Below, piece after piece: positions 26,595 through 47,419 of a stretch of 64,000 nucleotides of DNA (the first letter of the stretch is position 1; the number at the start of each line of letters is the position of its first letter). Below the pieces are notes generated by a model, which was not told where the DNA came from, did not search any database, and saw only the letters and a program-made list of their open reading frames with translations. A program made the position numbers and the translations under genes. This DNA comes from the human T2T-CHM13v2.0 reference genome, Homo sapiens, in the NCBI RefSeq assembly GCF_009914755.1, contig NC_060929.1; one strand, given 5' to 3'.

Positions 26595-28199
26595 TTTTAA
26601 TCCATGCTCTGTATGGATTTCCTGATGATATGCCATGAACAACTTTTGCCATTATGAATTATCATAGTGCTTTTTACTTCCCCATGATGTATTTTTGGGG
26701 AGAGAAGTGCCCATCAAAATCTGTGTGAACTCGCAAAGGCACATCCCTCAAGTGAACACTTCCCACCATACGGGAGGCAAAACCAGAGCTCACCACCATT
26801 ACTACAGATCAACCATTTATTCCCCAATATTCCAGAACAGGCTCACCCACTGCCATGTGGGTGGTCACTGGTCATCAGACTTAGTCCATAGCTGTCTGTC
26901 ACCAAAAGTGGGTAACCAGTGTTCAAAAATTCAGAAATCAGTTCTGACTTCTAAAGCATTCCAAAGGAACCCAGGACACAAAACCCAGCCTCGAGCTGCT
27001 GCTGCTGCTGCTTCCAGACAGAAACTTGACTTTCCTGGGTGCCTCAGCTCAGAGGGTCCACTGCTCTGTGTCAAGAGTAGCCTTTTTCAGAGTAAACATG
27101 AATTCTACATTACTTCCCATTTGTAATTCTTTGCTTAGACAGGCATCCATGAACAGTTCAAGGGGGATGTTAATGAACACAGCCCCTTGGCAAACACCAG
27201 ATAATGCCTAACCTACTCTTCAAGGGCAGAATGACATGTTCGTAAATATGCCCAGAACTTGCATTGTCTTTCCGGTTTTGAGTTGGTAAAGCTAAACTGA
27301 AGGAAAATACTGCAAGGATTTTCTTTGAAATCTGATTTCTGAAGCTGAGTGAGAATAAAAGGAGTTTTAAGTTTTCTTTCTGCAAGGACTTCAGGCACCC
27401 CACACCCTCCCACATGCTGTTCCCTGACTCGAAACCTTCCCATCTCTGAGCACTCTGCCTTAACACCTGCTTATCTTTCAGGTCTCAGTTTAAATGTTAT
27501 TTCCTACAAATGGACTTCCCTGGCCTCCAGGTCAGAACTACATATCCGTCCTCTGAGATTTCACCTGCCCTGTGTGTTCTGCATTGTGCTGGACCATCAG
27601 TGTCTTGTCTTTTGCACCTCTAGACAGTGAGCCCTGCCCAGGCAGAAAACGTATCTGCCTCAGTCACCAAGATAACTCCATATACTTATGTTGCCAGGTA
27701 AAAGTGAGGGCTCAAGTGTTTATTTGGAATAAAGAATACATGAATAAAAAGTAAATAGCACATGCAAGGAGTTAAACAAACAATACAGAGTTTTTAAAAA
27801 TGAAAAAAGAAACTAAACTAGAACGTCATTTTCTTTAGTTAAAATATGTTGGAACACCAGGTTAAAATTCTGGAGACAGTGAGGAAAAAGCAAGCAAAAT
27901 AAAAAGAGAAAGTGAGAGCTTTTCCCATCTTTTGACTCAACCACCAAAAGAAAGTTTGCTTATACTTGGCATAAGCTATCCAGCTTCTTTTGTAAATTAA
28001 AAAAAAAAAAAGGCAAAGTTTTCAGGAACCCTCACCATGCCCCAGAAACTATCTCCCACCAGGGAAGTAGAGGGTACATGCATATTGGAGAAAATCTACC
28101 ACTCATCTCTGAGAATTTTCACAGAAACAGTATTACAGAAATGCAAATTTTTTAATGTTAAAGTAAAGCCTGAGTAGAAATACAAAAATGATACACGAC

Positions 28200-28502
28200 A
28201 GCTAGGTGCAGTGGCTCATGCCTGTAATCCCAGTACTTTAGGTGGCAGAGGCGGGTGGATCTCTTGAGTCCAGGAGCTCAAGACCAGCCTGGGCAACATG
28301 GTGAAACCCCGTCTCTACAAAAAATACAAAAAACTAGCTGGGTGTGGTGGTGAATGCCTGTAGTCCCAGCTACTTGGAAGGCTGAGGTGGCAGAATCACC
28401 TGAGCCCAGGAATTTGAGGCTGCAGTGAGTTGTGATTGCAGCACCACTGCACTCCAGTCTGGGCAACAGAGTGAGACCCTGTCTCAAAAAAAAAAAAAAA
28501 AA
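28200..28502 (+). mobile_element. Alu (AluJ-like)
   Basis: Dimeric Alu with A tail. Confidence 0.93.
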
Positions 28503-28714
28503 TAGAATACAAGATAAGGTTTTCAAAACAAACTTGGCTTTGAGCTCATAAAACCACTGGTAAGAGATAACTTTAAACAAACAAAACTTGTACAACTATC
28601 TGGGAAAATGAATTATGAGGTTTTGTGGGATAGGACCATCAGTTTCAGAGGTAGCTCAAGGCAGCAGGAAGAGCAGGTATACATCTGCTTCTCTCATAGG
28701 CATAGGAAACTCAA

Positions 28715-31495
<2,781 letters not shown>

Positions 31496-32701
31496 CAAAA
31501 GAAATCCAATTTTTATGGTAGGTGTTGCAAGAAGCACTCATACATGGAGCACTACACCCACTACTGTGTTGATCATGCAGAGTAAAAAGAATAAATTTCC
31601 TATCATGAGTGCTAATGGATAGTTGTTTCCATGGATACCTGATGTTAGCAAGCAGTTAGGCAAATACGAGTATTTCCCACAGTCTACATGTATCACATCT
31701 CTGAAATCACAAACTTCTAGCTACTTAAGAAGACCACAAGATGTTAGAGGAAGAGACTTGAACCATTCTCTCCTATATGCCCTCATTTTATATTCCAGAA
31801 ACACCCAGGCCCAGGGAGTTCAACAAGCATGTTTCTTTCTTTCCCCAACACTCCTAAACCCCAATATACTTAAGATTAATATGCCTTTATTAGAAATTAC
31901 TCAATCAAATCAGCTTATTTAATGATCACTATTTTTAACATTTATCTTTCAAGGTAACCCTGAGTAAGAACTATCAGTCACGTAGGAATCACAAACTAAA
32001 GAACTGGCTCTAGGTGAACAATTATGCTAGACTGAACATAATTTAATCACTCTCGTGAACTGCAGCATACTTAGGAGTTTGGCAGGGTGCCTCAAAGTTC
32101 TGATCCCAAGTCTCAACTGTCACTGTGTTGAAGGCTGCAGAAGTTCTGGTGAATGGAGGTTCTCTGGTTGACAGAATATGAGTGAGCTGAACTCCACTGT
32201 AGCAGAGATGGTTATTAGATACCTCCCAAGGAAAACACTGTCATTTTGAAAAGTCAAATAGCCATTTATTTTAGGAAGATTAGTGAGCCCAAGCAAAAGA
32301 CTACCTGATTCCTTAGGAAGGAAATTTTACTCCCAGCATAACATTTTTAAAAATAAATATATAATGCTCTCTTGTTTACATAGATGATTCTGATTCTACC
32401 AGCGTGACTGTGGGATTGAAGGCATGTTGGTCCCTCCTCACCGAAATCACAACCACCCTGTGTCTGAGAGCCATTAGGTGCCAGGGACTAGCCAGGGAAA
32501 GGGACAATCCATGAAGAGAATAGAGATTTCCAGCCTACGTGTAGATCAAGACCCTAGCCCTGGCCTCAGGACTACATAGGTCATTCAAATTTCTACTCAG
32601 GTGAGAGGAACAATCTGGGCTCTACACACTTTTTTCATCGGGCAAGAGTAGAATGCATGTCCAAACTCTCTTCTGTGACCGGTGAGCTGGGCAGAAGGCA
32701 G

Positions 32702-32779
32702 GCCCAGCCAGTCGGTCCCTCGGGCCAGGGCAGGAAGCGAGAGTCTCTCTTACCCTGGTGCGTGGGGCCGCAGGGCTAA
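32702..32779 (-). ncRNA. MIR874: pre-miR-874 hairpin (5p 32748-32770; 3p 32712-32733)
   Basis: The reverse complement reads UUAGCCCUGCGGCCCCACGCACCAGGGUAAGAGAGACUCUCGCUUCCUGCCCUGGCCCGAGGGACCGACUGGCUGGGC and contains miR-874-3p CUGCCCUGGCCCGAGGGACCGA; basal UG at -14/-13 and CNNC about 15-21 nt 3' of the 3p end. Confidence 0.95.
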
Positions 32780-34281
32780 CACCAACAATTCATCCGATGG
32801 AGCATGTCGAGGTCGAGCCAGAAGACTTGTCCAAGCAGGTTCCTGAGCAACAGTTGCTCTAGGCAAGTACTGATAGCAAGGTGCAGAGAAAATGGGGGTC
32901 TGAGAACCAGGTAATATGAGGGCAAGGCCCGGGGGGAGAGAAGAGGAGTGGAAAAAATGGGCTTTGGAATCAGACACATCTGGGCCCAAATATAGTATCA
33001 GCCCAGTCACTATATAGCTGTGTGGCTATGAGCAAGACATTGAACCTTGCTAAGCCTCATTTTCATAACTTGTAATATCAGGATAATAGGATGCTTCCCA
33101 TATGGGTGTCAGGAGGCTTAAATGATATGAAGCACTTAGCACAATGCTTGATAAATAGTAAACACTAAATGTTATCTGATTAACACTAGTGTCATTATTA
33201 GCTTCTAAGGCAGGTGCTAAAAAACAGATTCCCAATGAAAGGTAGAAAAGGATACTATGAACCTGTGAGGGAGGGTAAGTACCACTAATTCTAGGGGTGA
33301 TTATGGGGCTTTTTCAGGACCCCAGGGTGCTTGTCAGGGTGTGGACCAAGGTGGAAGGGGGCAGTGCCCATCCAGGGGCCTGGGCCAAATGAGAGGTCAT
33401 CCCATCCACCCTGTCAACAGCTTCTTCAAATACCATCTACTGAAAGCAGGACAGCCCAACTCAGGAGCAAGCCACCCACTTCCAGCCCAAATGGCGTTTC
33501 AGTAGCATTTTTAAAGAGCTGAATAGAGATGCCAACTGAACTGGAATGACAGTGAAAAGTGCCAGGTTCAGTACATTTCCAAAAGGTTCATTTGCATCTT
33601 CCTGAAACCTCATTTCCTTGCTGCCATCTGTGGAACAGGGTAACGTAGGAGACTTCTGAGTGGCTGGGAGACAGCCTCGGGTTGTCCATGGCAACCCAGC
33701 CTCAGGAAAAGTGCTGGGCGGTGAATGTGTGGGAGCCAAGATGATGCTGTTAGCTGTTCCGGCTGGGATGTGTCAGTATGCTCTGTGCATATATGGCTCA
33801 GGAAAAACACCTTTATTAGCCTCTGCAGCTATCTCAAGGCAGAGTCCTGTTCCTCTCAGGGAAAGGACTTGGCTGGCAAACAGAGTTACTGCTGAGAATT
33901 ACTGAATATAGTGCAGGTCTCTCTCCACCATGTTGTTTTTCAAAGTTTGCTCTGCCAGAAAGCCTATCTGGACTGAATTTATGAAAGCACAAACCAGCCT
34001 GCCCTTGGAATTCCTATGCCTGCTTCTCCAACTAGTCCAATTATCTCCTGATTTTTCTTCTTTCTCTACTTATTTGGTTGTTCATATATGTCTATCTTAC
34101 TTTCTCAGAGAGACTTCTTAAAATTAAAAGTCCCCAAAGGGCAGGAATCAGGTTTCTTTCAACACAGCATTCGGCTATAATGCTTTTGTGACATTTGGAA
34201 GCAATATAATAAAACAGTTCAGAGCACAGGGCCTCGGGCCAGTCATCCTAGGCTTAAACCTCAACTCAGCCATTTACTAAT

Positions 34282-34793
34282 TGTGCTTTAAAGATGGGTC
34301 ACAAATTCTGTGATACTACTACACTCAGACGTGGAACTTAATACCTCTCCCCTTAAGTGTGGGCTAGACTTAGTGACTTGTATCTAGCAAATAAAAGACA
34401 GAAGTGATGGGACATGGATTTTGACATTAGGTTATAAAAACACTACAGCTTCTGTGTTAGATGTGTGCTCTCATTTTCTTGCTCTAGAATCACCCTCTCT
34501 GGAAGAAAGCCAGCATGTCATGAGGACACTCAAGCAGCTTATGGAGAGGCCCACATGGCAAGAAACAGGCCTGCCAGCAACCACATGAGTGAGCTTAGAA
34601 TCAGATCCTCCCCAAACAAGCCTGAAATAACTGCACCCCGACCAACAGCTTGACTGTATGAGAGACCCTGGGTCAAAAGGACCCAGCTAAGCCACTCCAG
34701 GATTCCTGCCCACAGAAACTGTGAGATGATAGATGTTTATTGTGTTAAGCCATCGTAGGGTAATTTGTAATGCAGAAATAGATAACTAATGCA
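34282..34793 (+). mobile_element. MLT1F-like solo MaLR LTR splitting a MIR
   Basis: TG...CA ends; ggagaggcccacatggcaag, cccacagaaactgtgagat, gtaatttgtaatgcagaaatagataactaa. Confidence 0.8.
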
Positions 34794-35627
34794 TAATAAG
34801 TGGGTGACATAACCCAAGGTCCAACTTCCTCATCTGCGAAATGGGGATAATTACAGTTATGAAAATCCTATGAGATAACAAATATAAGTCACTTAGCCCA
34901 GTGGCTGGCACATGATAAGTGCTCAGTAATTGATATCTGCTGTTATCATTATTGTGGGTACTAGTATCATGTAGTGATTAAAAGCCCAGGCTTTGAGTCA
35001 GCCAGACTTGGATTCAAGTCCTCACACTGCCACTTAAGCGCTGTAAAACCCTGGGCAAATCACTCAGTCTTACTCAATCTCACCGATTCTCAGTTGTCTC
35101 CAACATTAAAGCCTCCAGAGTTGTAATAAAGACAAAATAAGATAATGGGCATTACATACTTAGGCTAATAATGCAAAGAAGCTGCTCAGTAATTAGTATT
35201 TAAACAATACTACTTGCATCATCATCAATACCTTTGGTGATGATGACCAGGACAATGACCCAGGGAAGAAGATGCAAAGTACAAATTATTCTAAGTGGTC
35301 ACCAGAGGGTGTAAACCAGTTTTCTCCTGCAGTCACCTGAACCAGTTTCTGGATGTTCACTCTCACAGACAATTTGCGTTTTACCTTGGAGACACAGCTC
35401 CTGTCAGCTCCTGCAGAAAGCTTTCCTTAACTCCTTACCCCTCTCTGTGCTCCCAGAGTGTTTTTCCTGTACCCCTATGAGGGCATTTACTCACTCCATT
35501 GCAATTGTCCTTTCACAACTGTTTCCCCTCCTCCTGGTCTGGGAGTCCCCTGGGGAAGAGACCAGTTCATATCAGCCTTCGTGAATCCAGTACTTACCCC
35601 AGTGCCTGGCAATTAGTGGTTTCTCTA

Positions 35628-36008
<381 letters not shown>

Positions 36009-36539
36009 TCAGATTTAAAAAAAAGAAAGAAAGAAAGAAAAGAAACAAAGAACCTTACAACCCTTCTAACCCCCAGGAACGACAACTGGATTCATTCAAA
36101 TTTGGACTTGTAGGCTTGAATCAAACATTCTAGGGTCAACCTACATTAGTGGTCAAAGGAGGATATAAAGTAGGATATAAATCCTCACTAAAGCCATGTG
36201 AAAACGCAGGTATGAATGCTGATAAGCCCATCAGGAAAAAATGAGGGGTGATATAAATGGTCAGTATTAAGTCTCTATGAGGTTATTTCTTCTTTAAAAA
36301 TGTATTTCTTTAATTGAGGCCGTGTGCCAAGGACACAGATGAGTAATGCCTGCTGCCATGGAACCTACAGTTGCGTAGAGGAGCTAACACTCTAGAAGAG
36401 AGCCCTAAATGCCTGCCTGAGGCATCAGCCTGGGCTACTCAGTAATCTTCTGAAACTACTGTCGTTGTTGTTCAAAAAGCAATGAAGCCATCACCAACCT
36501 GACCTCTCCCCCATTAAATAACCTTTCTCATCAATCACA

Positions 36540-39405
<2,866 letters not shown>

Positions 39406-40831
39406 AATAATCTCTTTAAACCGCTAACAAAACCTGAAAGCTGTTTCTCAGGAAGCAGTTCGGTGTAAAAGGAAAAGCATGGACTTTGGAGTGAGACAGA
39501 CCGAACCCCAGCTCTGCACTTAGCCAGTACTTAACTGGGCAAATTTCTTAACCTCTCTGAGTAATCTAAGTAGGGATATGAATAGGACAGACCTATTGCT
39601 GTGATGATTTATTAAGACAGTACACGATCTGATAATCCCTAAGTGATCATTTCCCTTAGCATACCCTATTCATTCTTCAAGCCTTCAGTGGGGATCCCCT
39701 CACTAATTTAAGTGCTTAAACAATGGTGATGAGAGTATAGTTTAAGAAGCAGGTTAGACAACATAACCTTAAATCATTCAAGGATTAAATACAGGAGAAC
39801 AATGAGACAAAGAGTAGTGATGTCTTCTTTCTTTCTTTCTTTAACAGATTCTAAGGAAGTCATGGTTCCAGTTGCCTGCAGAAGGCCCAGGAATCTAAAT
39901 GTTTTCATTCAGAAAATAAATGTTTCTTAAGGAGTAGGGATGACAGAAGGATGGCTTTGACCTCCTGAAACAAGGGGTAGACTCTTCTTTCTCAACTATA
40001 GATTCAATCCCTGGGATGGAACAGGGGTGATGGTGGAGCAGCTCTCAGCATGCTTAGTCCAGGCTCAGGCACAAACTGGGCTTTAATTTTAAAACTATCT
40101 TTTTATGGGTATATGTGGTAAGAGCTAACATGGAGTCCAAAAAAGGAGAGGTCACTAGGTATGGTTTCTACACAAAAAAGCTGGGCCAGTGCTGAACCAT
40201 TCCCTTAGCTCCAAGCTACACTCCTCAGGCAAAGATGTCATTCTTCTGATATCATAGAGGATGAGAACCAATTTCCAAAGGGAAATGTCACAGACAGAAG
40301 ACCAGCTGAAAACCCAGGGAAGTAAAAAGGCTAAATAAAAAGCAGCACACTTAGAATCAACATTCTCAAGACATGCAGCTTGTGGAAATTTAGATCATAA
40401 TAAAGATAGTATTCAAACCAATGGGGGAAGAGGGGAATTAATGAATAAAATAACCTTGAGACAATTGGCTCATCATTTGCAATACCAATAAAACTGAATC
40501 CCTGCCCTCACTCCTTACACACAAAAAATAATTCTAAGTGCATCAAAGATTCAAATGTAAAACAAAAATTATAAAGGTACTTGAAGAAAACATGGGGACA
40601 TTATTTAAATAATTTCAGAGTAAAGAAAATATTTCTAAACATGACACAAAACCCAAGCTATAAAGCAAAAGATAGATCAATTTGACTCCTTAAAAACTGG
40701 GGCTTTTTTGGACCAAAAAATTACTATAAACAAGAGGCAAATTGCAAACTAAGAAAAAACATATTTGAAATACATACATTCAAAGGCCTAACCTCTTTCA
40801 TGTACAAAGAGCCTTTAGAAACTACAAATAA

Positions 40832-41158
<327 letters not shown>

Positions 41159-43262
41159 TTAAAAAATACAGTCTAATAGAAAAATGAGCCAGGGACATGA
41201 ACAGAGAATTCTCCAAAATAGAAATACAAATGCCGATAATCATATGAAATCAAGATTAATCTCACTCCCAATGAAAGAAATACGAACTCAAACAATATGC
41301 CACCTTTTAAAGGATACTTGACACAGAAATGTTTACATTACAAAAAAAAAAAGGAAATTACTGCAAAGCCCATCAGTAGAGGACTGTCCATAATATGCAC
41401 ATAATAGTGCATAAATACAATTAAACACCATGTACCATTACAATTTAAATGCTGATTTCACCTATACTGATAATATTAAAAGCAGTCTGTACCACATGGC
41501 TGCATGGGGGGAAAAATAGTTCAATCTGTATAGCAATACACTGTACATTTGTATCTATCTGTGAAAAAGTGCAGAGAGACATGTCTGAAAGAAAACTTTC
41601 CAAATAATAGCAGATTTTTTACCCTAGGAGACATTTCAAGTGACTTTTATTTAATTTCAAAATTGTAGTATCCTTTTAATAATCCACAATAAGCACATAT
41701 GTCTATAATTAAAGAAAGCTAAGTTATTTTCACTTTGAAAAATATGAAGAAGTTTCAATGCAATATTTCAACCAAACAAAACAAAAGGCATCAACCTGCA
41801 GTAAGACCAATGTCCAGCCAGACCAAGGCCTTGCCTTGCGGCTGTGCCTTCTTCTAACCTGCACTAGGCAACGTGAGGCCAACAGGCAAGTATGCACTCT
41901 CAGGTTTACAAAGGTGAAGCCAGGTGCAGGATGGTATGAGTTCAGAGAACAGGTTTGGAGAGTGATAAAGACTCAGTTCAAATGCTGGTTCTACCACATT
42001 AGCTGTGTTGACCTTGGGCAAGTAAATTAACTTCTCTGAAACTCAGTTTCCTCCTTTATAAAACTAGGATAACTATCTCTACCTTGTAGTGTTGTTGAAA
42101 AGATTAAGTAAGATATTCAAGTGATAACCTCAGCACTCAATAAAGGTTAGCTGCTTGTATTATTATCTGGGACACTGAGACATTTGTTCACATTGCAACC
42201 AATATATTCCCCATGATCCAAGGTCAAGGAGCAGAGGGGAAAGAAGGTCCTGCAAACCTCAGAGAATTCCAACACCTGGTCTTGGAAAACAACATGCCTC
42301 TAGCCACTGTGAAACCTTCCTGGAAGAAGCAGGCAGGGAGGATGGCAGCCAGCTGGAAAGAGGAGGAGGAGGACAAAGCAAGGGCCTAAATAATTTCCTG
42401 GTGCTGCCTACTGTGTCATCAATGAGACAACATGACCCACTCCTCTCCTCCCACCTTTCCTCCTGGGTTGACTGATTCCTTCCCCCAGACATCAGCATGT
42501 TAGACTCCTAAAACGACTACTTTGGTGCCACACCAGACAGGACTTTAGGGATCGAGTGGAGCATCCCTCATTCTATAGATAAGGAGCCTGAGGGTCAGAG
42601 AGGAAAGAAGACTCGCAGGGAACCAAAGCAGCCAGCACACACCATAAACTCTAGGTCTCTAGATCATGGGGTCCCCTCCTGTGTCTTCCTTCCCTTTCCC
42701 TGGCTGCTCCCTCACAAATTCTCATTTCTCCCATTTCCTTCCTCTGCTTCGTGACCTGTCAAACTCCTCAATTTGACAGGGTCCCTTTTCTTAGAACCCC
42801 TTTTCTTCTCTGGGGCAGCCCTAATTGTCCTTTATGTCCTTCCCTGAGTGGGGAAAAGAAACAGACTAGGACTATTCTGACTCAAAGAATGGCCTAGAAA
42901 GAGGACTACTATGGCCATCACTAAGTGAAACCAACATAGCCATTCCTCTGCTTCCAACAGAAATAGAGCACAAGCCATGGTGTGAAATGAGAAGTCAGGG
43001 TGGGGGTGAGAGGGAGCTCTGAGTTATTCTCAAACCTCCCTGATGACATTGGAGGTTACCTTGAAACTCTTAGGAAAGGAAGACCCCAGAAGAGAGAGGT
43101 ACCAGCAGATTCAAGAGGAACCAGCAGACTCCATCTCCTAGGTTGTAAATGCAACCAAGATGCAGGGCAGCCATGGGTGAGGAAAGACTTGGAGGCAGGA
43201 GTGGAAGGCCACTTTCCCAGGGCACAGTCCTGACTCTTGGTGGTGATTGGGCTGGGGCTTAC

Positions 43263-43412
43263 CTTGGGAAGGCTGACTGGAGTCCTGGGCTTGGTCCTTG
43301 GGTTCTTAATCAATAGTCTCTGATCCAGAGGGAGGAGATGGTATTTCATGGCCTCAATGAGGAAGTCTTTACAGGTGTTGTTATTCTTTATCAAAGCTTC
43401 TTCTTCAACCGT
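43263..43412 (-). CDS. KLHL3: KLHL3 coding exon (about exon 8): TVEEEALIKNNNTCKDFLIEAMKYHLLPLDQRLLIKNPRTKPRTPVSLPK
   Basis: Overlaps ORF 43056..43394; acceptor ctctAG, donor AAG|GTAAGC; 150 nt, phase 0-0. Confidence 0.96.
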
Positions 43413-46400
43413 CTAGAGGTAATAATCCACAGATGATCCTGGAGCACAGCTCAGCCACATTTCCCAAGCTTTCACCCTGGGCTCAGTCATTCCTGCACTC
43501 CCACACTCATTCATTCCTTCACCACATCATCTCAGACCCAAAGAGTTACAACTTACTGCTCACCTCCTGCATTTTAAGAGCACAGTGGGATAAGGGATCA
43601 AGCTCTGGCATTAGACCAGATCCACTACTTAACGTCTCTGATCCTCAGTTTCCTCATCTGTAAAATGGGCATATTAAAGGTATCTACAACCTCACTAGTT
43701 TTGTTTGTTTTGAGGCTTAAATGAGTTTATGCAAAACAAAAGACAAGTAGCCGTCCTGAAAGCCTCTAACCACATTTCTCCTGATTTGAATGCATTATAA
43801 TGCTTAGGGCAAACAGACATCTGAGAGGAGGAGTGAGGGGAAAGAGGAAAGGGTGTGGGAGCCATCAGCCAACCTTTGGAGGCATTGAGTAAAATAAGCT
43901 TGTCAAGGAGAAAGATTCATATTCGTTGTCTTATAGTGAAGGTCTCAGGGCAGAAAATCGGCCAGTGAGGCTCCTTCTAACAGAGTAACAACATCAGAGC
44001 AGAAAAATTACCCTGCACAAAGTCCCACCTATTGACCTCACCTAGGACTCCATCTAAGCTGGGGCTCTGGCTTCTTTACCTCTTATTCCAGAGCTTAGGA
44101 CCTAAGCAGGTGCTCAGCACATGTAAGCCTAAAGGTTTCATGAGCAAGACCAAGCATGAAGCCATTCTGGTGCTCTAACTCTCCAATCCCCACCTTTTGG
44201 CCCAGGTCAGATCACTGTGTGGCATATCTGGAATGGGTAATGTGGTCTTCTGGGGCTGCTTTGTGTTAGGAAAGATCAATTCCATTCAACAGCTAACACT
44301 GATTGAATGTCTCCTGGTTGGGCAGCCCTGTGCTGATCCCCAGGAAGAAAATGATGAACAAGACAAAATTTCTGACCCTGAAGAATTCAAGTCCAGTCAG
44401 AGAATGAGAAGGGCCTCCCACCTCAATTATCTCAGCCCTCAAGTCAGTGATACACAAGGCATGACTGAGCCTCTCCTGGGTCCCCATCTGTCACTAGGAA
44501 TGAAAGCATGGCCAGGACCATCATCTGCTGGGCAGCATTGGAGCTGGCAGGGAAAAAAGGATTGGCAAGAGAAGGCCTCTGTGTACCTCTGACCACCTCC
44601 CTCCCCAGAGACAGTCCCCAAGAACTGTTTTCCTTGGAAGGTTTTTTTTTCCCCTCCCAGTAAGGAACTGAGCCAGCTTGAGACAAATCATAAACTTCTA
44701 GGGTCAATTACAAAATAAAAAGGGTGGGAGAGGATGCCTGAAAAAGCTTGGAAGGAAGGAGAAATGCATGAGCAGCTATTTCTCCAGAAGAACTTACTCA
44801 GCTTGAATTAAAAGTTCTCCTGGAAAGTTAGTGCTTCATGGGTACAAGAGTTTCAACTTTGGGGGTGATGACAAAGTTTTGGAAATCTTTATAGTAATGG
44901 TTGTACTGAATTTGAATGTAATGAATGCCTCTAAATTGTACACTTAAAATGGTTAAAATAACAAAGTTTATGTAATATACATTTTATCACAACATATTAT
45001 ACATTTAGTACAATATTTTTAAATGCTGAGTAAAAGCCTAATAAATGCTACCTTTTGTGAAAGAAAAAAAAACCTCCCCCAGAAGTCAGGCAGTGTTGGT
45101 GGAGGTCTGCCCAGGGCTTTCCCTTCCTTCTCCTCCTCCTCCTCCACCACCATCAGCCATCCCAGCAATTATACTCATTTGAAGTTTCAAAGTCAAATGA
45201 ATGTAATGAAACATCCTATTCCAGAGGTGTTCACTCTGAGAGGCCTGATAAAAGGCCTTTCTGCAAAAAGGGCAAAGGGAGGAGTCCCACACAACAGTTC
45301 TCATGCCCATTGCCTCTGACCCCCTTCTTTTCCAGATCTAAATTCTGCTTTGGCATAATAACCCAGGAGCCATTTCCTAATGGTGACGTTTGTTAAACTT
45401 CAGTTGTGGATGCCTGATGAAGTTTGTGACCAACGGTCTCTAAGGCCACTTTAGCTTTCTCTGGAACCCAGGTCCCCAGGTTGCCAACCCTCCCTGTGGA
45501 AGCGAGACTATACTGGAGTCCAGGTGCCTCCTCCACCTCCAGCCAGCTTCCCACAGGACAGTGGGAGGTTTGACTGACACTGGATGCTCAGGCAAGTTCA
45601 CTTCCTCCGCTTAGGGGACCTTTTCTACAGGAAAGATATGCTGCCACCAGGTGGCAGTGGTATCACCCAAAGTAGCATGCATGCCCCATTTAAGAGCTTG
45701 CAAGCATATCCCTCAGCACCTGAGAAGGCTGAAGTACGGTGATTCAGGGAACATTTCACTGACCCCTCATATCTGCAATCTACAAGTGTTACCAGCAGAC
45801 GAGTTTACAAGTGCTCGTGAGGATACTGTGTCACCTGCTACTAAGAATCACAGCAGTGGTCACAAAGACTACAGAGTAAGATCAGTAACATTCACTGAAC
45901 ACTGTATTATAGGCCTACATGGATTATCTCATTTTATTGTTTATCCCCAAACAATCCTATAAAGGCAAGTGCCATTTTTTCCCGGTAAGAAAACTGAGGT
46001 TTAAAAAGGTTAAGCATGTACCCAGTATTATATGGCTGGAAAGTAACAAGAGCTGGGCTGCTGGGCTGCTAGGCTGCTAAACCTCCTCTTTATCCTTGCA
46101 TCATATCTTCCCTTCCTTCCAGAGACTCCTTGGAGACAGCTGAGGGCTAACCTGCTGTCTCGATGTTTTGTTTTGTTCATATATTTTAAGGTTTATTCTC
46201 TGCTTATAAAAGTGTCTAATGCCATTTACTGTATAAAATAAGTCACGTAATGGGTATGCAGAAAAGAGCGTATCAATGGTGGCAGCTAGCTTAGCGGAAG
46301 AACTATGCACTGCAGAGCCAGAATGACATGGATTTGAATCCTGAGCCTCTCTAAGGCTAGTGACCCCGATAAATCCCAACCTCCATAAGCCTCAAGGCCT

Positions 46401-47046
46401 ACATGTGTAAAAAAAGGAGTTACAATCTTTGCCCCTCTGGGTTATTATAAGGATTAAACGAGAAAACATATGGCACCATAAGGAAACCCCATAATTCTTA
46501 ATTTTTCTTTCCTTTTCAGAGGAAGTGGAAGTACTCTGTATTCTAGGCACCGTTTTTACAGTCTTGAATTTGGCTTCAAGTTGCCTAAAACTAAGACATA
46601 AAGGGAACATAGAAACATTGTGGACATGACCCTTCTTGCTTCAGTCCTCTTCAACAAAGACAGCTAACTTTCATGGAACATTTGTTACCCCAGGCTCCAC
46701 ACGAAGCAGCTGACTTGCATACTCTACTCCTTTAGTCCTCACAACAACCCTGCTGGGCTCTACTATAATATCTGTTCTATGGAAGAAAAACTGAGGCTTG
46801 AAGAGGTTAAATAAAAATCCAAAACTAATAAGCAGCAGAGCAGAGACTGAAACCTAAGTGTCCTATTTTCAAGCCTATGCTCTTAAACTTTACAACACCT
46901 AACACTTAACCCAGTGGGCTGGTTCCCTCAGCACATACAGAAGACCCACTAAACCCTCAACTACTCCATCCAACCAGGATTGCCCATTGCTATTCCTACA
47001 GGTCTGGGTGAACACAGAAGTGCTTGGCTCTTCATACAACACTCAC

Positions 47047-47163
47047 TTGGACTAGGTAGTCCCTAGGTAAGAGAGGAAGTCGGACATGTTCCATCAGCTT
47101 TGCCATGTGCTCTAAACGGGTTTCTTTCTCATAATTGATCCATGAGATCACAGCTTCAAACAC
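47047..47163 (-). CDS. KLHL3: KLHL3 coding exon (about exon 7): VFEAVISWINYEKETRLEHMAKLMEHVRLPLLPRDYLVQ
   Basis: BACK motif (VFEAVISW, VRLPLL); acceptor tttatAG, donor CAA|GTGAGT; 117 nt, phase 0-0. Confidence 0.96.
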
Positions 47164-47361
47164 CTATAAAGAAAAGCAACATGGGCAACTTCAGTAAAGA
47201 GACAAAAGCTTTCAAACAACCTCAATCTGTAAAAAAAAAAAAAAAAAAGAGAGAGAGAGAAAAAGTTATGAGTCATCCACAAAGGTGTTTAATTAATCTG
47301 AGACTCATATTTAAAATAAAAACAGAAAGGGTTTGTTTACTTGCTGGCCTCAGAGAGTGAT

Positions 47362-47371
47362 CACACACACA

Positions 47372-47418
<47 letters not shown>
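47362..47418. repeat. Interrupted (CA)n microsatellite with about 21 perfect units
   Basis: Read directly. Confidence 0.95.
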
Positions 47419-47419
<1 letters not shown>

